Positions 17,504 through 26,505 of a stretch of DNA of 64,000 nt are shown piece after piece. Under the pieces are notes generated by a model. The model did no database searches. It saw nothing but the letters and a program-made list of their open reading frames with translations, and was not told where the DNA came from. Positions within the stretch are counted from its first letter, which is position 1, and each line of letters opens with the position of its first letter. This DNA comes from an uncultured Rickettsiales bacterium (GTDB taxonomy: Bacteria > Pseudomonadota > Alphaproteobacteria > Rickettsiales > JALZUV01): the NCBI GenBank assembly GCA_964654855.1, contig CAZZJS010000008.1, forward strand, positions 4,220 through 68,219, written 5' to 3'. The position numbers and the translations under genes are program-made.

Positions 17504-17549
17504 TGGTGGAGGATACAGGAGTCGAACCTGCGACCTCTTGAATGCAAAT
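17504..17549 (-). repeat. att direct repeat (copy 2) = 3'-terminal 46 nt of tRNA-Ala
   Basis: TGGTGGAGGATACAGGAGTCGAACCTGCGACCTCTTGAATGCAAAT is identical to 32483-32528. Confidence 0.92.
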
Positions 17550-17741
17550 TAAGTAACTCGTGATATCGCCACGTTACTACAAATCATCCTAGGTTTCCAT
17601 AAGTTACTAATTTATATAAATTAGAAAGGATTTTCTCATGACAATTACTGCTACACAATACGCTCTGTTTCTCTCTATTTCCCTTATTATTCCCTTATTA
17701 ATTTGGCTGACTTCTTTAATAAGAACTGCTTTAATAAGATT

Positions 17742-18923
17742 ATGCCCAAAGCCAAACTTACTAAGCGTTACATCGAATCGTTACCCTTCATGGAGAAAGG
17801 CCAGCAGCTCTACTGGGACACAGAAATGAATGGCTTTGGCGTATGTGTTGGCAAAAAGTCAAAAAGCTATTTGGTGCAACGTGATGTACATGGTCGTGGA
17901 GTGCGCTATACGATCGGCAAGCACGGAATATTTACTACTGAACAAGCACGTAAGCAGGCACAGCAGCTTCTAACACAAATGGCGCAGGGTATTAACCCCA
18001 ATCAAATTCGTGAAGAAAAGCGCATCAAAGGCATGACGTTGGCTGATCTGTGGAAGCAGTATGAAGAAAATGCACGTACACGCCTTACCGCTAATACACT
18101 TTATGTGTATGAGAAGTTCGTCACTATCCAGTTTGCGGATTGGCTAAATAAGCCCGTTGCAGAGCTTACTAAAGAAATGATGGTCAAGCGCCACCGCAAG
18201 ATTACCGAAGAATCAAGCAAGTCGATGGCAAATAGCTCCATGCATACGTTACGCGCACTCTATAATTACGCTATGATAGAGAATGAGAGCTTAACTAACC
18301 CTGTTGACGTACTTTCGCAAAAGAAACTTTGGCATGCGACAACAAGGCGACAATCGGTTATTAAAGAGCATCAGTTGGCTGCTTGGTATGCTGCGGTGAT
18401 GAATCTGCAAAACACAACGATTCGTGATGCGCTGCGTTTTCTGCTATTTACAGGTTTACGCAAGATGGAAGCGCTAACGCTCACATGGGATCAGGTGGAT
18501 TTAGAAGCTAAGAGTTTCAAGGTGCTAATCACCAAGAATAAACAACCGCTAGAGTTACCACTTAGCGACTTTCTATACGACATGCTGCTGGTACGTTCTG
18601 AGCATAAAGGCGACTCACCCTATGTCTTCCCCGGTGGTGGAGCAAAAGGTCATTTAGTAGAGCCGAAAAAAGCAGTGAAAGCGGTTATTCAAGAATCAGG
18701 TGTGGATTTTATGATTCATGATTTACGCCGCACTTTCATTACCACGGCAGAACGGCTTGATATATCGGCCTATGCATTGAAGCGGCTCGTGAATCACAAG
18801 AACAGTAATGATGTGACAGCGGGTTATATCGTGATGGATGTAGAGCGTTTGCGTAAACCTATGGAAGAAATTGCATTGTATTTCTGCGAACAGGTCAAAA
18901 GTGCCAAAGAGATAATTGTATGA
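17742..18923 (+). CDS. int: P4-type tyrosine integrase (DUF4102 arm-binding N-domain)
   Basis: Track ORF starts at TTG 17703; ATG 17742 (MPKAKLTKRYIESLP) is preferred. YWDTEMNGFGVCVGKKSKSYLVQ. Catalytic GLRKMEA...HDLRRTF...LVNH...AGYIV. Confidence 0.9.
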   Translation: MPKAKLTKRYIESLPFMEKGQQLYWDTEMNGFGVCVGKKSKSYLVQRDVHGRGVRYTIGKHGIFTTEQARKQAQQLLTQMAQGINPNQIREEKRIKGMTLADLWKQYEENARTRLTANTLYVYEKFVTIQFADWLNKPVAELTKEMMVKRHRKITEESSKSMANSSMHTLRALYNYAMIENESLTNPVDVLSQKKLWHATTRRQSVIKEHQLAAWYAAVMNLQNTTIRDALRFLLFTGLRKMEALTLTWDQVDLEAKSFKVLITKNKQPLELPLSDFLYDMLLVRSEHKGDSPYVFPGGGAKGHLVEPKKAVKAVIQESGVDFMIHDLRRTFITTAERLDISAYALKRLVNHKNSNDVTAGYIVMDVERLRKPMEEIALYFCEQVKSAKEIIV

Positions 18924-19441
18924 GTGTTGTAAAGCTGGAGCCTAATGAGGCTGAATATATTGAAAAGGTGAAACAAAAGAAGTGCCAACTTGATAGTTTT
19001 TTGCGTAACTGTTCTTACGATCCTAATAGCCCATGGGGAGAGCAATTTGCGTACTGGGCTAAATTTAAAGAAATAGTTGGAAACTTTAACAATGACCTCA
19101 GCTTTTTAGCCTCCATGCGTGCTAAAGAGTTTCTAGTTGAGCGGTTTAAGGGGATTGAGCTTGATATGGGAAGTAAACCGCAGGGCGCAAAAGGCTTAGA
19201 TATTGACGTTCTTACAAACGAAAATGAACGAATTATTGCTGAAATTAAGACCACCGTTCCTTATCAACTTAATTTTGGTGCCAACCAGAAAGTGTCAATT
19301 AAAATAGATTTGGAAAAACTACGCACTGCAGAAGCAGACTACAAGTTTATGATGGTAACTAATCAAGAAGCGTACGATATTTTGTGCGGAGAGGCATACA
19401 GATTGTTAACTGAAGAGATTGAAATAATTTGTTTGTTTTAG
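18920..19441 (+). CDS. hypothetical protein with PD-(D/E)xK-like motif (173 aa)
   Basis: ATGA overlap with the integrase stop. GLDIDVL-x11-IAEIKT fits the D...ExK pattern of restriction-endonuclease-fold proteins. No Vsr motifs. Confidence 0.45.
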   Translation: MSVVKLEPNEAEYIEKVKQKKCQLDSFLRNCSYDPNSPWGEQFAYWAKFKEIVGNFNNDLSFLASMRAKEFLVERFKGIELDMGSKPQGAKGLDIDVLTNENERIIAEIKTTVPYQLNFGANQKVSIKIDLEKLRTAEADYKFMMVTNQEAYDILCGEAYRLLTEEIEIICLF

Positions 19442-19562
19442 CTTTTACGAATTGTAAATTTGTGACTTCGATATAAATAATGCTCTGATTAAAGTATCCT
19501 GTAAAATGCCCTGTTGACCTATTTGCTTATATAAACAATAAGTAAAGAAATGGAGATCAGTA

Positions 19563-20831
19563 ATGAGTAAGTCGAGTGCCGTCAGAATAAAAACAAAACG
19601 CAATACTTTAGGTCTGACGCAGAAAGAATTAGCTATAAAAGTTGGGTTAAATGAAAATGGTGAGAGAACTGTAAGAGGCTGGGAAAGTGGCCAGCATAAA
19701 CCTAGCGAAAAGAAGCTAGCGGAAATACTTAGCATTGATGCAGCCTATCCATTTAAACATGATGGCAAGACTGAGAAATTTAGATTTATTGACCTATTTG
19801 CGGGCATCGGTGGAATACGACTTCCCTTCCAACAAGCAGGTGGGAAGTGTGTGTTTAGTTCCGAATGGGATCGTTTCTCACAACAAACTTACCATGCTAA
19901 CTTCGGTGAAATGCCAAGCGGTGATATTGTGCCGATTAAAGCCTCTGAGGTTCCAGCACATGATGTCTTACTGGCGGGTTTCCCATGCCAAGCATTTTCA
20001 CAAGCTGGATTGAGAAAAGGGTTCTCTGATACTAGAGGAACTATGTTCTTCGAGATTCAAAAGATTCTTGCTTACCATAAGCCTAAAGCCTTTCTTCTTG
20101 AGAATGTTAAGCAGTTGAAGGGGCACAACAAAGGGGAAACCCTTAAAACTATACTTTCAATTCTACGTGGTGAAAAAATTGCAGAAATACCTAATGACGT
20201 AAATATGAGCGAGGAAGCCAGAGAATCTCTCTCGACACGTTTAAATTACGAGGTGGACTTTAGGGTGATTTCTTCAAACTTATTCGGTGTCCCGCAAAAA
20301 AGGGAAAGAATCTATATTGTTGGATTCAACAAAGATAAATTTTCTTCACAACTAGATATGGATAAATTCTTTTCATCCTTAGAGAAGTTCCATTGTGAAA
20401 CTGTACTGGGTGATGTTCTTGAAGAGAATTGCACTGTTGATGAAAAACACACGATATCTGACCGTTTGCTTGCAGGACACGAAAGAAGGAAGCGCGAGCA
20501 TAAAGCGAAAGGCAATGGCTTTGGTTTTAGTCTCTTTGATAAAACTAGCAAATACTGCAATACAATCAGTGCTCGGTACTACAAAGATGGGTCAGAGGTT
20601 CTGATAGATCAGTCTGATATTAATGCAAACCCTAGAAAGCTTACCCCTCGGGAGTGCGCTAGGATTCAAGGTTTCCCAGAAAATTATATCGTAGATGCAG
20701 TATCGAATACGCAGATATACCGTCAATTTGGCAATTCTGTTTCAATGCCCGTGATTTCTGCAATTGCCCAAACTTTGGTTGATGTAATGCTTTCAGAGTG
20801 TTTGGATAGCAAAAGCAAATTGAGTAAGTGA
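19563..20831 (+). CDS. DNA (cytosine-5)-methyltransferase with N-terminal XRE-type HTH
   Basis: HTH LGLTQKELAIKVGLNE. C5-MTase motifs I FIDLFAGIGGIRLPF, IV GFPCQAFSQAG, VI LLENVKQL, VIII QKRERIYIVG, IX-X LTPRECARIQGFP / RQFGNSVSMPV. Confidence 0.92.
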   Translation: MSKSSAVRIKTKRNTLGLTQKELAIKVGLNENGERTVRGWESGQHKPSEKKLAEILSIDAAYPFKHDGKTEKFRFIDLFAGIGGIRLPFQQAGGKCVFSSEWDRFSQQTYHANFGEMPSGDIVPIKASEVPAHDVLLAGFPCQAFSQAGLRKGFSDTRGTMFFEIQKILAYHKPKAFLLENVKQLKGHNKGETLKTILSILRGEKIAEIPNDVNMSEEARESLSTRLNYEVDFRVISSNLFGVPQKRERIYIVGFNKDKFSSQLDMDKFFSSLEKFHCETVLGDVLEENCTVDEKHTISDRLLAGHERRKREHKAKGNGFGFSLFDKTSKYCNTISARYYKDGSEVLIDQSDINANPRKLTPRECARIQGFPENYIVDAVSNTQIYRQFGNSVSMPVISAIAQTLVDVMLSECLDSKSKLSK

Positions 20832-20900
20832 AAATTAATGGAGATAAAGTGTTAAATCCGATAAAAGATCTGTAAAGGCATGTTTTAAGGAGTTTTACAG

Positions 20901-22484
20901 ATGAATCTTGAAGATCTAGAGGGTTGCATAGGTAAATTAAAGCAAGCGCTATCGACTGTTGATAATAAAAGCCCTGTTAAAATTAGTGAACAGGCTTGGG
21001 AAAAAGTTATTGCTGGATACAGCTCCTTATACCCGAGAGACAATGTATTTGTAGTTGATGGCCATACATTGGTCACTTCCACGTCCGAAGAACTCTCAAA
21101 GTATATCAGCTGTCAGGAGATACCTGTGTGGTTCTCAGCTTTAGGTTATTTTAAAGCACTGAAAGGTTACAAAGAAGCGCTTGACCAAATTGCCCAAAAA
21201 ATGGGATTCGGAAAAAGAGATGACACAGAGGCTCGTGAAGTCTTTGCTTTGCTGCCTGATACCGACTGGCGAGTCAAACTTAAGTCAGAGCATGTACAGT
21301 TGATGGATCAGGTTATTGATTCTATATTTACTGCTGGTGACGCAAATAAGATTCAGCGCTTTATAAGTGATGGTGAGTGGTCAGGAATACACAAAAATGG
21401 TAAAACGGGCCGGCATTTAGAGCGAGACTTTGATTGGGCAGAGTCTGCAATAATGAAAGTAGTTGGTGTCACACAAACTGCTGCTGCCGGCAGGTTCAAT
21501 TTATTAAAAGTATTAGATAATATTGAATTTAATCATTCAGACCTTACATACGGATCTACCCTTCCTCAACTTGTTACTAAAACTAGCGAAGAACGCTTAA
21601 AAAGCGGTCAAAACGAGATTTTTTATGGAGCACCGGGTACTGGTAAATCTTATGTAATCAATCAAAAATGCGCTGCAAATAGTGCAAATGTAGTACGGAC
21701 TGTTTTTCACTCGGATACTCAAAATAGTGATTTTATAGGAGCTTTAAAGCCAGCTACGAATGTTGATGGTGGCGTGTCTTACCGGTTTTCTGCGGGGCCA
21801 TTTGCGCTTGCGTTGTTAAGAGCTTACCAGAACCCTTCTGAGATGCATTATTTGGTCATTGAGGAGCTTAACCGTGCGCCAGCAGCATCTGTGTTTGGCG
21901 AATTATTTTTGTTATTAGACAGAGATGAAAGCGGCGCTAGTCAGTATGATGCTGACTTTCCATCCGAGGAATTCCAAAATTGGTGGAATGAAAGCACTGG
22001 AACTACTGGTGAAAAGTTAAAGCTACCCTCCAATCTTACTATATTTGCTTCAATGAATAGCGCAGACCAAGGGGTCTTTCCATTAGACACAGCATTTAGA
22101 CGTCGCTGGATGCAGACGTACGTTCCCATTGATTATGGAAATGCATCTGAGGGGAGTGTCGAAATTTCAATTGATGGCCCTGACCCTGTAAAGGTACAAT
22201 GGAGCAAGTTTGTAGAAAAATTGAATTACTATCTAACAAATCAGTTGGGTGCCAGCATTCCAGAAGATCGCTTGGTCGGTCAAAGATTCTTATCACCTGC
22301 TGACTTGGAAGATGGCAAGCTCCCTGGCAAGCTTCTTATTTATCTTTGGGATGATGTTTTGAGACACCATGGTCGTGAGATACTGTTCAGCAAGTCGATT
22401 AAAACCTATGGAGACTTGGCACTTAAGGCTAATAGTGGTGATCTAATTTTCTCGACAAAATTTATAGAGATGATGAGTGAGTAG
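20901..22484 (+). CDS. McrB-like AAA+ (GTPase-type) restriction subunit, LlaJI R1-like
   Basis: AAGGAG SD. Walker A FYGAPGTGKSY, Walker B LVIEELNRAPAASVFGELFLLLDR, then ASMNSADQG...LDTAFRRRW. This is the McrB/AAA_5 signature series. Confidence 0.85.
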   Translation: MNLEDLEGCIGKLKQALSTVDNKSPVKISEQAWEKVIAGYSSLYPRDNVFVVDGHTLVTSTSEELSKYISCQEIPVWFSALGYFKALKGYKEALDQIAQKMGFGKRDDTEAREVFALLPDTDWRVKLKSEHVQLMDQVIDSIFTAGDANKIQRFISDGEWSGIHKNGKTGRHLERDFDWAESAIMKVVGVTQTAAAGRFNLLKVLDNIEFNHSDLTYGSTLPQLVTKTSEERLKSGQNEIFYGAPGTGKSYVINQKCAANSANVVRTVFHSDTQNSDFIGALKPATNVDGGVSYRFSAGPFALALLRAYQNPSEMHYLVIEELNRAPAASVFGELFLLLDRDESGASQYDADFPSEEFQNWWNESTGTTGEKLKLPSNLTIFASMNSADQGVFPLDTAFRRRWMQTYVPIDYGNASEGSVEISIDGPDPVKVQWSKFVEKLNYYLTNQLGASIPEDRLVGQRFLSPADLEDGKLPGKLLIYLWDDVLRHHGREILFSKSIKTYGDLALKANSGDLIFSTKFIEMMSE

Positions 22485-23721
22485 CGAATCACCACTGATT
22501 CTTTATGATAGGCTCTCTATCGATAGTCTTCAGGATAAGTATCGGCCTTATTACGATTTGTTATTAGATAAAGACCCCCTTTCCATACAAGGAAAAAGAA
22601 GGTTGCATTTCTGTGGTATGGTATGTCCAAAAGGTGAGGCGCCAGCACTGTTTGTACCGCGAGGGTATGATAACAGTGAGGGCATAAGTGGAGCAAAATC
22701 TATAATGCAAATGCTTGCCAAGTACGGTAAGCAGCTTCCTAATAGGAAAGGAGAAAGCCATCAAAGTGATGGTAACTCTGCATTCGCTTCTCTTGTTCTT
22801 GATATAGCTACGGATTATAAGCAAAATGGATTGTTCAGCCAGAGGGTTAAAATTAAAACAAATGCGCCTAAAGCTACTGATTGGAAGAGAACACTGATAA
22901 AGTGCCTGCCTATGTTTTCTAACGATGGTTCGCCAGTTTATAGTCGAACCGTAGGTAATAAGTTCCTTGATCTTGCGCATAATGATCTAGCAGTCATGCA
23001 AGCTGCTACTATTTGTGAAATAATTGAAACTCATGGCTGGTGGCTTGCGATAGATCAATCGGCAATATCCATGTTATCTAGAATCCCAAAGCCACGAGTT
23101 CCAAAAGAAGCGTATGCGTCAAAGCTTCGTCGTTTCAAGCAGTTGCTATATGATGAGTACTCACTTTCATTGGTAGACAAGATCATTGCATATTGGGAAT
23201 ATGATGCTGGGCAGCATGATGGTAATATGCTCTGCGGCTTAAAAGATTTTTCATCTGTTTGGGAAAAGATGCTCAAAGACTTGGTAAGTGATGAGTCCAG
23301 TAAGTGGAACAGCTTAATCGCGAAGCCTGCCTATCAAGATCAGAATAATAATTTGAGGCCCCGTAGTAAGGGAGGGGTTATTGATATTGTGGTAGAGGGT
23401 ACAGATCGTATTGTGATCGCGGATGCCAAGTATTATGATGCATCAAGTGCGGAGAATGCACCAGGCTTGGGAGATATCCTTAAGCAGTCTTTTTATGTGC
23501 AAGCCGTCAGAAAGCTCATCGTTGATAAGAATATAGAAAGCTACTTTGTGTTTCCTGATAATCAACGAAAGAGCTATCTAAAAGAAACTAGTTTCACAGA
23601 TATAAACATTAAAAGTGTAAATGGGTTGTCTGAAAAGACTAAATGCCTCTACGTGCCTATGAACACAGTTATTAACCGGTATATTCAGGATGAGCGGTAT
23701 AGTTGGTTACCTCCTCAGTGA
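22477..23721 (+). CDS. McrC-like nuclease subunit, LlaJI R2-like
   Basis: Overlaps the McrB-like gene by 8 nt. The C-terminal segment VIDIVVEGTDRIVIADAKYY matches the McrC-type PD...D-x-K core. Confidence 0.7.
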   Translation: MSSESPLILYDRLSIDSLQDKYRPYYDLLLDKDPLSIQGKRRLHFCGMVCPKGEAPALFVPRGYDNSEGISGAKSIMQMLAKYGKQLPNRKGESHQSDGNSAFASLVLDIATDYKQNGLFSQRVKIKTNAPKATDWKRTLIKCLPMFSNDGSPVYSRTVGNKFLDLAHNDLAVMQAATICEIIETHGWWLAIDQSAISMLSRIPKPRVPKEAYASKLRRFKQLLYDEYSLSLVDKIIAYWEYDAGQHDGNMLCGLKDFSSVWEKMLKDLVSDESSKWNSLIAKPAYQDQNNNLRPRSKGGVIDIVVEGTDRIVIADAKYYDASSAENAPGLGDILKQSFYVQAVRKLIVDKNIESYFVFPDNQRKSYLKETSFTDINIKSVNGLSEKTKCLYVPMNTVINRYIQDERYSWLPPQ

Positions 23722-23774
23722 TGATAGCTTACAGTGCACTCCATTGTTTGATTTTGGTTAGACGATATGAAAAA

Positions 23775-23803
23775 ATGCTGTTCAGCGTGACACTGAACAG
23801 CAT
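23775..23803. terminator. bidirectional hairpin terminator between convergent mcrC-like and alpA-like genes
   Basis: Perfect 11-bp stem ATGCTGTTCAG-cgtgaca-CTGAACAGCAT. The T-run is strong on the minus strand (AAAAAA at 23770-23775 on plus). Confidence 0.65.
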
Positions 23804-23830
23804 TTCAAGTAAATTCCTTAATTAATAAAA

Positions 23831-24061
23831 CTATTCATAGCACCATTGAGAAGGTCTCGGGTGAGTATACAAATTTTTAGTGATAAACAATTCTATGTCT
23901 TTAAGACGATAGCGTATACAACCTCTTGAAAAATATACAAACGGAAGCCCTCCAGCCGGCCCATACCCTGTACAACGCCCGTAAGATAGTGAAGAAGGGC
24001 TGATATGAAGAATTTCAGAAACCTCTTTAGTGGTTAGTAATGTTTTTTTATTTTGCTGCAT
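23831..24061 (-). CDS. AlpA/excisionase-family HTH protein
   Basis: ATG 24061 with an AGGAG SD. LLTTKEVSEILHISPSSLSYGR...PFVYFSRGCIRYRLKDIELFI fits the HTH_17 pattern. Confidence 0.7.
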   Translation of the reverse strand: MQQNKKTLLTTKEVSEILHISPSSLSYGRCTGYGPAGGLPFVYFSRGCIRYRLKDIELFITKNLYTHPRPSQWCYE

Positions 24062-25116
24062 GGCTTTAAATCTCCTATTGTTCACCGTTAACAAAATGAA
24101 GATCTGGAACAAAGTTGTACCCTTATCCAGATCTTCTGGATTAAGGTTACAACTGACGCATGTATATGCTGAAGTTACTAAACGGTGCCCTAATGCAAGC
24201 TTTGCTTGCGGCTCATAACTCGCCCTAATTTAAACACAAAATATCATAGTCAAAAAATACGTCAACTATTTTTGGACTGACTTAGTGTCTTAGTTAACGG
24301 CTTATCGCAATGGAGCCGCATAGGAGTTTGCAATTCTCATTTTCTGAAATATTTATTATCTGAGTAGGATGAGATACAGCAGAACAAAAACAATCAAATT
24401 TTCCTTGCAACATACTAATTTGGCATATTTGCTTTTGCAGCAGGTATTGAAAGTACTGTGGATGCAAAGGGTTGATCGTTTGGAGCAATCTTTGCCTGTT
24501 TTTATCAAGACGCCGTCTTCGTAAAGTGATGGGAGTTTTGCGTAGATTGGGCGTTTTACACCATCAATGGATAGTTTTGAGCATCTTTGGCGTAGCGGGT
24601 ATCATACGATTAATCGAAGCAAAAAAGAAAATCCAAATTAAGAAATTAGTATCTAACGAACAAACTGCGCAGAAATTTCAGGGCAGGATTTCTTGGTTGG
24701 TTTCAGGGCAAAAAGCACAAAAAAAGCAGCTTTTCGGCAAGAACCAAGTGTTACTAACATACCCCTCAATCCCCATAGTCTTCTCTATTCCTATGAATAG
24801 CTAACTATCAATTCCTTTCAATCTAACTCCCTTTTTATCATTACACTGGAATACAGAATCACTTTTAGAAAAACCTGTGAATGTTGATACAGCAAATAGC
24901 ACTCAATCACTGCAATAGCAGCTTAATGTGTAACATGCTAATTTAACAATGAAGGAACGATGCAAATGAATGATATGCATGGAAGGAGGTTTTAATCCTG
25001 CGCAAATACGTCCAGTGGACGCCAAACCAATCAAGGCTAGCTTTTGCACACTGAATCGACATAATATCGTTTATAGAAAGAAAAGCAGATGCTAGAGATA
25101 AAACTGAGATTGTACC

Positions 25117-26400
25117 ATGACAGAATCCACCATTGCTTGCCCACAATGTTCTCACAAGATTGAACTTACTTCATCGTTGAAGGATTCTTTAGCGGCACCT
25201 TTATTAGCGGATGCGCAGAAACAGTTTGAAGAACGCCTAGCACTTAAAGATACAGACATCGAACAACGTGAAGCGAGTTTGCGAGAACAACAACAAGCCA
25301 TTAAAGCGGCACAGCAGGCTATCGATAAGCAGGTGGAAGAGAAGTTAGATGCAGAACGCGCTAATGTCGCCAAGCAAGAGGCTGACAAAGCCAAACGTGC
25401 CGCACAATTAGACATACAGGCAGAGAAAGATAAAGCCGTTGAGTTACAGGAGTTACTTAGCCAGCGTGACCAGAAGCTAGAAGAAGCCCGCAAGCAACAA
25501 GCTGATTTTTTAAAGCAACAGCGCGCGTTGGAAGAGAAAGAGCGTGAAGTCGAACTAACCATCCAAAAGCAGGTAACAGCGACACTTGGTCAAGAACGCA
25601 CGAAGATGCAGCAGGAAGTAACGGCAGCTAGTGAATTAAAGCTACGTGAGAAAGAAGAACAAATGGAGTCGATGAAGCGCACCATTGAAGAGTTAAAGAA
25701 AAAGGGTGAGCGTGGATCACAGCAACTTCAAGGTGAAGTCGTGGAGATGCAGTTAGAAGAAGAGTTACAAGCTCGCTTTAGTCATGATGTGATTACTCCT
25801 GTGCCTAAAGGTGAGCATGGCGGTGACGTGCTGCAAACCGTTTGCCAAGTTACGGGCATAGAGTGTGGAAAAATCTTATGGGAAACTAAGCGCACCAAAA
25901 ACTGGACAGAAGGCTGGTTATCTAAACTGCGTGATGATCAACGTGCAGCTAAAGCAGAAATTGCTTTGATGATGTCCTACGCTTTACCTGCTGATGTCCA
26001 AACATTCGACCAACGTGATGGTGTTTGGATATGTGCACCACAATATGCAGTGCCGCTTGTAACAGCGCTACGTCATACGTTATTGGAAGTTGCTAATAGC
26101 AAACAGTCGCAAGTGGGTCAGAAGTCGAAGATGGAATTGGTATATGCTTACCTAACGGGGCCGCAGTTCAGACACCGTGTAGAAGCGATTATTGAGAAGT
26201 TCGATGACATGCAAGCCGATCTAGTCAAAGAGAAGCGTTTTACTCAAAAGCAATGGGCTAAGCGCGAAACGCAGATGCAAGGAGTACTAGACTCCACTAT
26301 CGGTATGTATGGTGACTTACAAGGTATTGCAGGCAAAGCGTTGCAAGAAATTGATGGGCTGGATGTTCCGTTGCTAGAAGCTGATGAAGAAGCGGCGTAG
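25117..26400 (+). CDS. DUF2130-like protein (Zn-ribbon, long coiled coil, conserved C-terminal domain)
   Basis: CPQCSHKIE, then about 190 aa of E/K/Q-rich coiled coil, then GEHGGDVLQTV...GKILWETKRTKNWTEGWLSKLRDDQR, which is typical of DUF2130. Confidence 0.65.
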   Translation: MTESTIACPQCSHKIELTSSLKDSLAAPLLADAQKQFEERLALKDTDIEQREASLREQQQAIKAAQQAIDKQVEEKLDAERANVAKQEADKAKRAAQLDIQAEKDKAVELQELLSQRDQKLEEARKQQADFLKQQRALEEKEREVELTIQKQVTATLGQERTKMQQEVTAASELKLREKEEQMESMKRTIEELKKKGERGSQQLQGEVVEMQLEEELQARFSHDVITPVPKGEHGGDVLQTVCQVTGIECGKILWETKRTKNWTEGWLSKLRDDQRAAKAEIALMMSYALPADVQTFDQRDGVWICAPQYAVPLVTALRHTLLEVANSKQSQVGQKSKMELVYAYLTGPQFRHRVEAIIEKFDDMQADLVKEKRFTQKQWAKRETQMQGVLDSTIGMYGDLQGIAGKALQEIDGLDVPLLEADEEAA

Positions 26401-26505
26401 TCTGTAGTAAAGGAAATTACTGTCATCGGTGCGGCACAAAAAGGGCGACCCCGAAAGACCGCCCTTAGGTTTGCAATTTACACTGCTAGTTAAAGTTGGT
26501 GGGCG

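Noticed and set aside
18920-19441. Vsr (very-short-patch repair endonuclease) next to the C5 methyltransferase
   Set aside because: The size and position are suggestive, but none of the Vsr motifs (for example the conserved FVDGCFWH-type segment) are present. Only a generic D...ExK pattern is seen.
24472-24804. 110-aa ORF in the alpA-DUF2130 intergenic kilobase
   Set aside because: It is Arg/Leu/Ile-rich with implausible sequence, no SD and no recognisable motif. It is treated as non-coding pending tblastx.
25152-25562. 136-aa antisense ORF inside the DUF2130 gene, and similar long antisense or alternative-frame ORFs (38188-38706, 40669-41112, 49240-49977, 51410-51730, 55158-55520, 10628-11023, 6813-7121)
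   Set aside because: These are shadow ORFs opposite or within well-supported genes. They have low-complexity Ser/Ala/Cys/Arg-rich composition and no SD or independent support.
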